Shown here piece by piece: positions 24,965 through 36,661 of a stretch of DNA of 64,000 nucleotides; the stretch's first letter is position 1; each line of letters opens with the position of its first letter. The notes beneath the pieces are model-generated. The model ran no database searches, was not told the DNA's origin, and saw only the letters and a program-made list of their open reading frames with translations. The DNA is from Podospora anserina (lineage: Eukaryota): positions 1,860,001 through 1,924,000 of the forward strand of contig CM030337.1 of the NCBI GenBank assembly GCA_017654855.1, written 5' to 3'. Both the position numbers and the translations under genes were made by a program.

Positions 24965-26644
24965 ATGCCACCTACTTTAAAAGAAGCGAGGGTAATCTTA
25001 GCCCTCGAAGCTCTTCAGAATGATGAGCGTTTAAGCGTCAGAGCAGCAGCGAGGCTCTACAATATTCCAGAATCAACGCTCCGTAACCGACGCGCTGGCC
25101 GGCCTGCACGACGCGATACCACGCCCAAATCGAAAAAGCTCACTCAATCCGAAGAGGATGCTATTGTTCAATACATTATTGAGCTATGTGCGCGAGCTTT
25201 TCCACCAAGATTGCGTGGTGTGGAAGATATGGCCAACCAACTGCTACGTATACGCGACGCGCCCCCTGTTAGCAAGCTTTGGGCACACAACTTCGTTAAA
25301 CGCCAGCCACAACTCCGTACACGTTTTACGCGTAGATACGATTACCAGAGGGCTAAGTGCGAGGATCTAAAGGTCATGGCCGAGTGGTTTACGCTTGTAC
25401 GGAATACTAAGGCTAAGTACGGTATTATAGATAACGATATTTATAATTTCGACGAGACTGGGTTTATGATGGGCATTATCTTCGCGGGTATAGTAGTTAC
25501 GACCTCGGACGGCCTTAATAAGGCAAAACTAGCCCAGCCTAGTACCCGCGAATGGGCAATAGTGATCCAGGGAGTTAATGCCTTCGGCTAGGCTATCCCT
25601 CCTTTTATTATTTTAGCCGCGCAGTACCACCTTACTAACTAATATACCGAATATAACCTACCGTCTACCTAGCGCATCGCAACCACCGATAATAACTGGA
25701 CTATTAATCTAGTAGGCCTAGATTAAATTAAGCACTTCGATTATTATATAGCGTCCCGTATAAAAGGTAAATACCGGTTGTTGATCCTCCACGGCCACGA
25801 AAGCCACTACTCGACCGAATTCGAGCGCCACTGCCAGCAGAATAATATTATTACGCTCTGCATGCCTCTACACTCCTCCCACCTCCTCCAGCCACTCGAT
25901 ATTAGCTGCTTTGGGCCGTTAAAACAGGCGTACGGTCGCCAGATCGAGGACTTAATGCGCATGCATATCAACTATATAAGCAAGCTCGAGTTCCTCTATG
26001 CCTTCCGCGAGGCCTTCATTACCTCTATAACAAAGAAGAATATATAGGGTGGCTTTGCGGGTGCTGGCCTTATACCGTACGATCCAGAGAGGGTGCTTTC
26101 CAAGCTGGATATAAAGCTTCGTACGCCAACACCTCTAAACTCGCGGCCCGGCACTGCACAACCTTAGGTCTCCCAGACACCACACAACCCTCGAGAAGCC
26201 AACTCACAGTCAACGCTCATCAAGACTCGCATTACCAACCATCAAAATAGCTCCCCGACTTTAATGCTGGCTGCGGTAGACCAGCTTACTAAGGGTACAA
26301 CGGCTATAATGCACCAGGTGGCTCTCCTTCGTGCAGAGGTCTCTTCGCTCCGTAAGGCCAATGAGGCACTAAGTAAGCGCCGGAGAGCCAAAAAAACACG
26401 TGTGAGGCTTGAAGGGTTACTTACTGTACAAGAGGCACAGGATCTACTGGATCAGAAGGCCGTGGATAAGGAGGGAGTGCAAGAAACGCAGCCGGATAGT
26501 AGTAATACAGGGGGGGCTCGTACGAAGGTTCAGTGCTGTGGTGTATGCGGTAAGCCTGGCCATAATGCGCGCACTTGCCAGGAGGCTGCAGAAGCATCTG
26601 ATTCAGCTGTTTCTGATGTAATTATAGTTAATTCCTTGTGTTGA
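24965..26644 (+). pseudogene. pogo/Fot1 DDE transposase (HTH_psq, CENP-B HTH, DDE_1, C-terminal zinc knuckle) with premature stops
   Basis: YNFDETGF, LIL(H)GHESH, HLLQPLD, CGVCGKPGHNARTC in one frame. In-frame stops at 25589, 25640, 25670, 25724, 26045 and 26165. Confidence 0.93.
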
Positions 26645-26683
26645 TGTGGTGTAATTGAGGATAGTATTCGTAGGGTGGTAGAG

Positions 26684-26727
26684 AGTGCGCGACTCGCTTA
26701 TATGCGCGACTCGCTTATAATGTACGT
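26684..26727 (-). repeat. Right TIR (44 bp)
   Basis: Reverse complement of the left TIR, followed by TA. Confidence 0.96.
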
Positions 26728-27699
26728 TAGGGACAATCCTTCTTTGAACTTTAAAGGCGGGCACACGTGTATGCTTTAATAGCATGGAGGTCACAAATAT
26801 TATATCCCCCATTGAGTTACAATTATTTTTTCATGAACACAACTGTGTCCATGGTGTTTGCATTGATGAGCGTGATAAAAGTATGCAAGGGTTCTGTTGC
26901 TAGGGGTAATTAAGGGGTAAGTAAACAAAACCCTTGAACTCCACAGCGGGTACAACGGACACCTTGTCCACCACCTAGGTGCATCAAGCATAGTATAATG
27001 AGTATACTGATGAAGGGTGCGATTCCACAGCTGGGTATACTCCCAGGTCCCTTCCACTGCCGCAAAGCACTGTACAGCACATCACAGCACAGCTATTGAA
27101 TTGTTTATGCAAATGCAATAAAACTATTCTATAGACTATGATCCTCATCGTCCAGTTCTCAGATATGCTTAGGACAACCAGGTTTTTATTTGTAACAATC
27201 TATATCTGGAAACCACACGAATGAGTACAATCCAGCCATTAACTGTTCCTTGTCTCAGCTACCTATTCACTAGCTCTTTGGACTGGCTTATCTGCTGCGA
27301 GATAATTTAATTATGTGTTGTACCGCCTGGCATCACTCCTTTGATCACATTTTGTCTGGTAATAGTTGCAATACGCATATATACGGTCTGACGAGTGTAA
27401 AACTTGGGTATCTCGGAAAACTGTAGTCTCTGCATCAACAACGCATGTTGTGAAGAAACAGATAATACTTCTGACCACCTATTTCTTATGCAGATATACA
27501 AACTATAAAGCGTTATCATTAAATTTTGATCCCTGGTATTCAGACGCATCAGTTCATAAGGCTGAGCTGGCAGACTTGGGGCGAGATTGCCTCAATTCAA
27601 CCCGCAGGTGGGGGGTTCTCATTCTTCATCAACAATACAGGGCTTGACAACAATCCGCACGACAACCTGACACAGAGACTCATCTGGTATCGAATCTCA

Positions 27700-28200
27700 T
27701 TTCAACTACCTCATGGGACAAAGTCAATGTGGCGGTAGCCCAGCCATGGTGCTTGGCTCATTGTGCGCATCCCTAGTGGCATGTGGATGTCGTGTAATGA
27801 CATTTAGTAAATCATTCACCTACCCCCGTTTTTAGCATTCTCCTGACTTTGTCTGTGCAGATAGATCTCTTCGGTAGGGGATGGCCCGACATACCAAAAG
27901 GCACGGTGGCGCATGGCACCCGTCTGTACATATCGCAAATGCTCTATGTGGCTCGCTTCATCCTCTCTTCCCTGGACCAAACCCGCTGGGTTCTCCACCT
28001 CTTCGGATGCTCTTTTGGCGGTAGCCTTGCCCTCTCATTTGCGCAGTACTTCCCGCACCCATCCGGACCCTTGCCCTGTTTGCTCCTGCAGGTTTGGTTC
28101 ACCGCCGGCATATTAATCGGAGGGGGAGGCTGCTCTACCTATTCGGCCGACATCCTCCCGCACACGCGTCTTATCATGGCCCGTGAGAAAGGCTCTCTCG
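27700..28200 (+). pseudogene. Alpha/beta-hydrolase relic
   Basis: PAMVLGSLCASLVACGCRVMTF, a degenerate intron 27807-27864, then LFGRGW.D.P...RLYISQML...LFGCSFGGSLALSFAQYFP (GxSxGG elbow). No valid start and no C-terminal half. Confidence 0.7.
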
Positions 28201-28942
28201 GCAATTACTCTAGTCAGCCCGATTGTTACACACTTAACAGGTGATGCTACCGGTGCAGGTGCATTTGACAATGCCATTTCTCTCATCCACACAACGTCCT
28301 AACGTTCACGGTGGTGCTGTTGGAAGGGGGTTACGAGATTCCAATTACAAGAAGCGCCGTGGTCGCCGAAGCATTGATTAGGTTCTGGGCAAAAGCCTCC
28401 AAAATACCTAGGTAGATATCTCTTGAAATATCGAGTTTTGGCAGAGGCGCAAGGTTTGTCCGGTTGCGTAAAGGTAACACCTTCTATCGCGATGCGACGT
28501 TTTGCTGGAGGCCCCAAAAAACCAGTGTTCTGTATAACCTATTTTTCTCTTGTATCTAACTATTGTTGGTGACTCAAATATTCTCAGCGCGAGTTGCTCG
28601 GACGACATGTTAATTGTTGACTGCACGCCTCTAGCTGCAACTGCGTCTTGGGGTTGGGTTGGGAGGGGGTGGCTAGGAGCCAGTAGAGCCAGTTACTGGT
28701 AGCCTTCTCAACAGGAGGCCGCTTGAGCCCCCTTGGCAGCAGAAGAGGCGTTCGGTGAGCTGCAAGTTTATCATCAACCTGACGCTTTGCTATAGACCCT
28801 CCGTTCAGGTCCTTATCTCCTCAAGTGGCTGACGATGTTGTCGATCTGAGAGCATTACTGTTCTAGGTAGCCTGCGAGAAATAGCAACAATATACTCAGA
28901 CGTGCGTATTACCCATCACACACCCTACACGCGTCCTCGAAC

Positions 28943-31209
28943 ATGGCTGACCCGCTGAGTCTTGTGGCCAGCGCTATCGCCATTATCCAGGGTGGTGAAA
29001 AGCTGCGAAAGCTTGTTCGTAAGGCTCAGCAACTTAATAAAGTACCCGTAGAAGTCGAGCTTCTTCTTCAAGAGATCTCGGAAGCCAGGACATCCTTCAC
29101 CTCTCTCCAATCTACCGTCATTGCGGCTGCCCAAGGTGCCAGACCCATCAATTTTGAGGCATTACGGAGCCTGCTTCATCAATATGCTTCTCTCCTTGAC
29201 TCTATGGAGCTGCTGGTGGACAAGTATCTTCTCAAATCGCCCAAGCAAGATGCTGAGGGGGGAGATGAAAGGGCAGGAATGGGGAGGTCTGTTGTGAGGC
29301 TGGGATGGGTTCGGAAAAAGACAAAGGTGCATGAGATGCAAGACAAGCTTCGGAATGTCCGCTTTCTGATCGTTGGTGAGCTGGCAGTTATGTCTCCGTA
29401 AGTAACCATGGCATGGGCCTCTTCGTAAACTGGCAACGGACTGACGTGTACGCAGATTCTCCCAGGCTGAGCTGTGTAAAACAGTCCAGACTCATCTATC
29501 TCGACAGGAGAAGCTTCTTACACAGATACTACATACCGCAGAGAGCGAAAACTACGCGTCAGCGGCTCTAGGGGTAGTTACTACCGCATCCAAGCCAAAC
29601 GAGTTACCACTGGCCAAGACAGAGGAAACCCAGACAATAGCAGAGGGAATGACAAAGGTGAATCATCAGAATCTTCCTCTTGGGCCTATACCATCGACTT
29701 TCATGTGCGGCCCATGCAAGTGTGCCTGCCGCAGCACATGGACACTGCTGTTAACGACATGGAAGAATCTCGGTGGCACAGTAGCCATGCGATCTCGTGG
29801 ATCCCTTTCCAACACAAGGACTGCGACGTCTCGTCTTGCAAACGCAGATCACAACCCATGATTAGCGGCGCATTTCACCTCCCACACTGGATCGCCTCCC
29901 GCGCGATCATACTCACCCTCATCAACGGACCCTCCATATCCGTCTCGCTGACAGTCGCACACATTGTCCCCCCCGACTCGGACATCTTCCGCTACATCCA
30001 GACGGGCAACTGCTCTCGTCTGCAAACCCTGCTCCTCAAAGGCCAAGCTTCTCCCGCAGACATGATCGAGTCTCTGTACGGGACCCTCGACGCCCTCCTT
30101 TTCGCCCTCAACTGCAACCAATACGAGATTTGCCAGCTCCTCCTCTCCTGGGGTGCCGACCCCATGCTGAAAACAGCACCAAGCTGACCGACTCGGCCGC
30201 CAACATGGCCTGGAATCTTTCCATCGAGTGTCCGTCCCCAGCCAACAACGCACGGAAACACCTCATCGAGTCTACATTCCTGGCCCCGTTGGACCTCGAC
30301 CGCCGCCAGTTCTCACTCCTGCACAAGACTGTCCTCGGTCTTGCCTACACCAACCTCCCAGCACTGCTCGCTACCTGCTCACCCGACGCCCTCAACGCCC
30401 GCGACTGTCATGGCCGTACCGCTGTCCTCATGGCCGCCTGGCGCGGCGATCTGAAAGCCGTGACTGAAATCCTCGCAGCTGGCGCCGATCCCGACTTGCA
30501 CGATGGTGGTGGCCGCTCCCCGCTGCATTACGCAGCTATGACGGCATCGGATGTTTGTACTCGGGCCCTGGTGCGGGGTGGTGCGGATGTCAACAAGGTC
30601 GACAATTATGGTGAGACGCCGCTGCATTGTGCGTGTAGCTGCGCCCGCTTGGCCAATGTAGAGTACCTCCTATCTGTGGGGGCGTGGCTGGACATGGCAA
30701 ACGAGGGGGGAGTGACGCCTCTTATGGCGGCAGTCATGGCGGGAGATGTGGGGGTTGTTGAGGCGTTGATAGCATACGGGGTGAACGTGGAGGTCAAGAA
30801 TAAGGGTGGTGAGACGGCGGTTGGGCTGGCGGTGTGGGGGGACCAGACGGATATTGTGGGGGTGTTGGTCGATAAGCACAAAGGGAGAGCGAGGCTTGAT
30901 GTTCACAATGATAGTGGGAGAACGGTGCTACACACCGCTGCGAGATATGCGGGGGTTCAGACAATGAAGAGGTTGCTGTTGAGCTTTGGAGAGCAACCTC
31001 CAGGGGAAAGTGGTGTTAGACTAGGAAGTAGGGTCGACGGGCAGGGGATGACTGCGCTGGAGAGGTTGATGGAAAGTGGGGACTTGACGAGGGAGTTGGT
31101 CAAGTGTTTTGAAGCGTTGTTGGTCAAGTCTACAAGAATCAGTCCTTCGAAGGATGTGGAGGAATTGTACAAAGCCTGGGGAGGAAATAGAGGGATTAAG
31201 CTCAAGTGA
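28943..31209 (+). pseudogene. HeLo-like/SesA-type N-terminal domain + Cys-rich linker + ankyrin repeats; intron 29398-29455; two single-base frameshifts
   Basis: MADPLSLVASAIAIIQ N-terminus, CKCAC/C...C linker, about 6 ANK repeats (GRTAVLMAA, GRSPLHYAA, GETPLHCAC, GVTPLMAAV, GETAVGLAV, GRTVLHTAA). Frame breaks near 29800 and 30160. Confidence 0.8.
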
Positions 31210-31414
31210 CTCGGATGATGAGGTCTTGTGACGGCTAAAGAAAAGGTAGAGTCGCTGGTTTTGGTTTTATACAAGGAAACAAACCCATCTCCTTTGCTAC
31301 GAGCTTTTTACGATGAACTCTCTGCGCCAGAACTTTGATCAGATTCGGCGCCGCTGACGTCGAAACAAAGCTTATGCCCGGTGAGAGCCGAGCGTGAATT
31401 TGTTTTAGCATCGG

Positions 31415-31421
31415 TTATAGG
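31415..31421 (+). promoter_or_regulatory. TATA-like upstream element of the 5S gene (about -29)
   Basis: TTATAGG at the position where dispersed Neurospora-type 5S genes carry a TATA-like box. Confidence 0.5.
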
Positions 31422-31444
31422 TCGCAAAACGAACAGGAGTTATC

Positions 31445-31512
31445 ACATACGACCATAGATAGCAGAAAGCTCGGGATCCCGTCCGCTCTCCCTTAGATAA
31501 GCTGCTAATCGC
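31445..31512 (+). rRNA. 5S rRNA gene, 5' half (nt 1-68), interrupted
   Basis: ACATACGACCATA...CTCGGGATCCCGTCCGCTCTCCC.TAGATAAGC matches ascomycete 5S; helix II GATAGCAG/CTGCTAATC pairs; similarity stops abruptly after 31512. Confidence 0.93.
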
Positions 31513-31775
31513 AATGTTATCTTCCGGGATGGCTTTTGCCCCACTCTTTTGCTGAGTCAGCACCCGAACGTTTTGGCTTCCGCAAGAGGCTCAACACCAC
31601 CTTTTTCAGCAATCGCAACGGACGGCACCGTCTTGTTGGCTTCACCCCTCTCGCTCTCACGCCGTGGCCTCCCATGATGGCCGGCATTTTCTGCGCCCGG
31701 ACAGGGCGGTATTTTTGGCTCTTATCTTCCCCGCTCCCACCTGCCGTTGTTCGCGCCCTAATACCTGGCTAACCT

Positions 31776-31866
31776 GCTCATCGTCCGTCCTGCGCTTCGT
31801 CCTGCGCTCCTCATCGTCCTGCGCTCCTCATCGTCCTGCGCTCCTCATCGTCGTGCGCTTCTTCGA
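31776..31866 (+). repeat. 17-bp minisatellite CCTGCGCTCCTCATCGT
   Basis: Three perfect copies at 31801-31851 plus degenerate flanking copies. Confidence 0.9.
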
Positions 31867-31898
31867 CCCCGCGCTCTCGCTGCTTTTGCCTACCCACG

Positions 31899-32683
31899 AT
31901 GGTTGATCTGGACGCTAGACGTCGTCGCGCTCAACAGGGCCCCCAAGCTACCGATGTCGTTCCCTCCTACCCGCGCAGGCTTGGTCCTAGGATTGAAGAT
32001 GATCAATAATGCGTGGCCGAGTCTGCATTGGAATGTGTGGGATTATTACATGAAGGCTGGGGGGAGTTATTTTGGGGCGAAGGTGGGGGATAAATTAGTT
32101 GCCTGGGTGCACAGTCTGGGCTTCAAACCAGGTAAGCCTCTTCTGACGACATCCCAGTTGCGCACTCATCACATGGCATGCATGCATCTAACACATTGAA
32201 ACCAAAGAGGACTAACCCCCAACAATAAGGGCTCTCATGCTATCCCGGCGCGGGCCCTTGTTTCGTGCCAACGAGCTGGAGGACAAGATCCGCGCTTACA
32301 ACATCAAGCTTGTCCTGGACGAGTGCGCAACCCACGACGACCTCGACAAGTCGATGGAGCAGTATCTGACGCCAATCAAGGAACTATCGCTCATGGACCA
32401 CGAAGATGCAAATAGCCAGGCTATTAGGGCCATTGGGTTTGTTAGAGAGTGCTTGGTCGTGCCGTCGTCCAAGGAGGTGACGAGGTTCCATAAGAGGACG
32501 GACAAGAAGTTTGATGAGCTTCTCAGGGAGTTGATTCACTCGGCCAACTCGAGGGGTGAAGGGGTGAACAGAGATGGCCTCCAGCGCGCGTTAAACTATG
32601 AAGCGGAGAAGCTTGAAAAAAGAGGGCTTGATGACTGGTTTTGGCAGACGCGCGAGTATTTGGAGACTTTGATGGAGCATTGA
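31899..32683 (+). pseudogene. Two-exon gene of unknown function with disrupted exon 1; possible Myb/SANT-like N-terminus
   Basis: ATG 31899; GTAAGC donor 32132, CTAAC branch point, AAG acceptor 32229 splice in frame to the 148-aa ORF. Exon 1 has two in-frame stops. Confidence 0.5.
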
Positions 32684-33840
32684 TTGATGTGGGTAGCCAG
32701 AAGATGTACGTTCAATTGTTGACCCGAAAGGTGCAAAACGATGTGTAGAATAGGTAGCTATCGCGCTACTCTAGTAACAATCCCAAAGCACGAATTTCCC
32801 TTCCTCCTTCACACTGTGCTCCGCAGCCAGTAAACTCCTCAAGGGCAGGGCATGGCATCGTAAGAGCCCTGTTGCCGCTTATTATCCTTGATACGAAGCG
32901 CTGGTAGAGCAGGTGGCTTGCCCGCAATCCACTTTCTTCGTGGTGGTAGTCGTTGTGGTTTTGCCATCGGTGGTAGTGACAACCTTGGTCGTGGTAGAGG
33001 TGGTGCACCTGAATGTTATGTCAACTCTAGGACACTTTTCTATGGTCGACTCAGCTAGCTCACATCTTGAAAGACTAGATTTGTGGCAGGAGCTTTGTTC
33101 AAAGGTCAGTACCGTAGGCACGCATGTCTAGTTGCTTAAAGCTTCTTAATATGATGACAAAGTAGAAGAGGTTGATAGGTACCTAGGTATCCTGAGCTGG
33201 TCACTAACCCTGGGCTTCTGGGATTGAATGCAGATTGCGGCGTGGTTGGTGTTTGCTGTAGCGTTTGCAATGATGAAGAAAAGGAGAAAACATATTTGCG
33301 GCATAGGGGAAGTTACCCCAGGCTTTATAGACAGTGTCCAACACCTTAAACCCAACCACCTCCCACTTGTCGTCACCAGGGACTTTCCTCAAGCAGGCAG
33401 GCTCTCGTGCTGACCAAACATTGAATCAAGCCGCAGGAAAAGTGCATTTTTCTTACTTTGGCCGATCATATTGGTCATAGATACGGCGACCGGCTGCAGG
33501 GAATAGTACATTTGCAGCGAGAGATCACCGAGGGAGGTCCCCGTAGACTGGATAACTAGCTTGGTGATAATTGTGGCGTTTGCCCAAACCCAGTTGAAGA
33601 GCCGTATAATAACATGGTGTTGAGCCACCTAGATAAGGTAGGCTTCCAGCCAGCACGGGCCACCTAATGAGGCTTTTGTCCCACCATCCAATATTGATGC
33701 ACAAATCGAAAGTGCCGGGGCAGTTTCACTTGTTGTTGGTCCCACCACGACAAACACAAAAACACAACACCAAACACCTCAACGTGCCGGAGAGACATGA
33801 CTGCACAACCATCAGAGCTTTCAAGTTAATTTCTAGTACC

Positions 33841-34683
33841 ATGGCGAACGATCATGATGGAACTCACACGGTGGTCGAGAAAACACAGCCAACCATTACA
33901 TCCTACCATGACCTGACCATCGTGGAGTCACAGGACGCCGAAACTGGACTCGCCAAGTCTTGCATGTTCCTGCATATCACCCAAGATGAAGAGGTCTACT
34001 TCGGCAAAACTACACGCAACAAGAGAGAATTATCTTTTGACGAGATCGGCCAACTCCTTACCCGCATCCCGGATGAGGAGATCTTCCCCGCAATCCCAAA
34101 AGACATCGAGTTGACCCTTGCACCTGATCACATCAACGACGCGAACTCCTTCCTCAAACGACCTGGTATACAGCACTATGACGACTTCGTCGGTACAGAC
34201 TTTGTCTGGAAGGAACTCCTTCATGAGACCCTTATCATGGAGAAGATCTCCAAGGCACCGCACCCGTATATCATCCGCTACCTTGGTTGTCGTACTTGCC
34301 GTGGCCGTATCACATCCTTCTTTGTGGAACGACTGAACCAGACGCTTGATCAGTACGTCAATGCCCCCGATGGGTTTGAGCCTCTTGACAATGAGAGGTT
34401 TCTTGCTGGTGTCCAATCAGCGATCGACTACCTTCACTCTTTGGGACTGGCACACAATGACTTGAATCCGCAAAACATCATGGTTCGGGACGGGATGCCG
34501 GTGCTGATTGACTTTGGGGGATGCGCTCCGTTTGGAGAAGTGGTGCAATCATGTGGAACGCCTGGTTGGTGCGAGGAGTTCATTCGTCACTCCAAAAAGG
34601 AGCATGATGAGTATGGTTTGAGGAAATTGGAGGAGTGGTTAAGGGAGAAGCAGGAGGGGAATAAATGGGGAAAAGTCGAATGA
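33841..34683 (+). CDS. Fungal protein kinase-like protein (about 280 aa, intronless)
   Basis: FLKRP (beta3 Lys), alphaC LHETLIME, HPYIIRYLGC, catalytic HNDLNPQNIM, DFG, GTPGW. Confidence 0.85.
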   Translation: MANDHDGTHTVVEKTQPTITSYHDLTIVESQDAETGLAKSCMFLHITQDEEVYFGKTTRNKRELSFDEIGQLLTRIPDEEIFPAIPKDIELTLAPDHINDANSFLKRPGIQHYDDFVGTDFVWKELLHETLIMEKISKAPHPYIIRYLGCRTCRGRITSFFVERLNQTLDQYVNAPDGFEPLDNERFLAGVQSAIDYLHSLGLAHNDLNPQNIMVRDGMPVLIDFGGCAPFGEVVQSCGTPGWCEEFIRHSKKEHDEYGLRKLEEWLREKQEGNKWGKVE

Positions 34684-35398
34684 GGCTTCTGTGGAGGTGA
34701 ATGATGCTGTATCCCAGAGCTAGAGCGGCCTTGACTACATCCCACAATCGGGTTTCGATGGGTGAATACCTTACCTTATGTTTGTCATCTTGGCGGTCAG
34801 ATTTGGTTGGCGGGTCTGCGGGCCGATGTTCAGGGTTGCTGTTGGTGTCAGACTTTTTAACGTTGGTTGATTTGAAATAATGAATGTGCTTCAGCTGGGT
34901 CGGTTTTGTCAAACATATTTCCTTTGGATGTGTGTTGTTGTGGGCTCACGGGCTCAGTGGTAGCATATTTGGAGCTAATTTTGCCAGCTAACGTGCTGGC
35001 AATGATGGACCTGTTCTGTCAGTCTTTCGGAGCTTCCAAATCCAAGCCTGTTCTACCGTAGCATTTCTCCGTCACTAGTATAGGGCTGACATGTGCGCTG
35101 TATAATGTGTGCACAGTCAGCCATAGTTCCGCTGTTGTGTCTCGTTTGGGCATCTCCAGCGACGATCGTGCATCGCTGAGAGACACACACCCTCCGGCTT
35201 TCCGAATCATATCAACGGTTCTGATTTGCTTAACCGGTTCTGATGAAACTGCATGCAAGGCATTGGATGTCACCCTTCAAGACTGCGACTTTGGCCAGAC
35301 GATAAGAATTATGACATGAACCGAACGAGACACTTGAATCCTTTCTTCTCTCTCAGACCTCTCAGAGCTTCACGTTTTACTCAACCATTGACATAAAA

Positions 35399-36661
35399 AT
35401 GGATCTCTTACTAGATAAAACCCCCCCCATGAGCTGGACCCTAGCCATCCAGATCATCTTCGCAACCCTCACATCCATCATCCTCCACCGCCGCCTCCTC
35501 CACCCCCTCTCCCCCATCCCCGGCCCAACCCTCGCCTCCATCTCCCGCCTCTGGCACATCCGCCACATCCTCAAAGGCGACCAAAACACCCAACTCATCT
35601 CCCTCCACAAAAAACACGGCCACTTCGTCCGCCTCGCCCACAACGAAGTCTCCGTCTCCCACCCCGACGCCATCAAAAAGATCCTCGGAAACTCTCACCT
35701 CAGAAAAGGTCCCTGGTACCGCATGACCGCCATCCCAGACTACCGCTTCCAAAGCCCCATGGCCACCACCGACCCAAAGAAGAAGATGGGAAAAAGCAAG
35801 GCTTTTGCCTCGGGGTACGCCCTCACCAACGTGTTACGGTCAGAACCCCAGGTCGACAACGTCATCTCCTTGCTTCTCAGCCACCTCGACCGTTTTGCCC
35901 AAACAGGGGAACAGGTTAATCTAGACAAGTATTTCACATTCACGTCCTTTGATGTAGCAGGGGAGATCCTCTTCTCCAGTCAATTCGGCTTCTTGAAAAC
36001 AGGGACTGATATTGGGAACGCAATTGCGAATGGGTACTGGTTGTCAATGTACGCTTCTGCCATGGCATTTTATTATTATTTTCATGTTGCGCTGCTGGGG
36101 AACCTGGTGGTTACCTGGTTGAATATTCTGCCTTATGGGCATTTATTTGAGACGACGATTAAAGCGATGAAGACGAGGTTGCGGGATAAAAGAGATGATG
36201 AGTCGAGGTTTGATAGTGTGGGGTGCTGGTTTAGGGCGATGGAGAAGGATCCTGAGAGAATCAAGTGGCGGGATGTGCAGGCTGTGACGGTGAGTACGGT
36301 TGGGGCGGCGAGTGAGACGGTTAGTTGCGCTTTGCAGAGTTTTGTGTATTATATGATACGGACACCGGGGGTTTGGGGGAGGGCTAGAGGGGAGGTGTTG
36401 GAGTTGCAAGGGAGAGAAGGGGGAGGGGAGGGGAGGGTGGTGAGTTGGGGACAGGCGAAGAGGTTGGTTTATCTGCAGGCTTGTATTAAGGAAGGACTGA
36501 GGATGTTTGCGCCTGTGGCGATGAACTTGCCTAGGGTGGTGGGACCGGAGGGGTTGGAGATTGGGGGGAGAAGGTTTGGAATGGGGACGATCTTGTCTGT
36601 GAATTCTTGGGTGATGCATTTCTCTGAGGAGATATGGGGCAAAGATGCGGGGGAGTTCAAA
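35399..36661 (+). pseudogene. Cytochrome P450 (pisatin-demethylase-like), 3'-truncated
   Basis: TM anchor, IPGP, I-helix GAASET, K-helix KEGLR. Similarity ends at WGKDAGEFK, so the PER motif and heme-binding Cys motif are absent. Confidence 0.88.

Larger units (their letters stand above)
24866..26727 (+). mobile_element. Full-length (1862 bp) Fot1/pogo-type Tc1-mariner DNA transposon, RIP-inactivated
   Basis: Perfect 44-bp TIRs, TA target duplication (24864-24865 and 26728-26729), internal transposase frame. Confidence 0.96.

Noticed and set aside
24420-27060. Host gene interrupted by the Fot1 element
   Set aside because: Joining the flanks at the TA gave no recognisable continuous protein in the frames I read.
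33841-34683. Spok meiotic-driver gene
   Set aside because: Far too short and lacks the coiled-coil and nuclease regions expected of Spok proteins.
34940-35005. tRNA-like GGCTCAGTGGTAG plus an 8-bp hairpin
   Set aside because: No T-loop GTTC(G/A)A and no acceptor-stem pairing.
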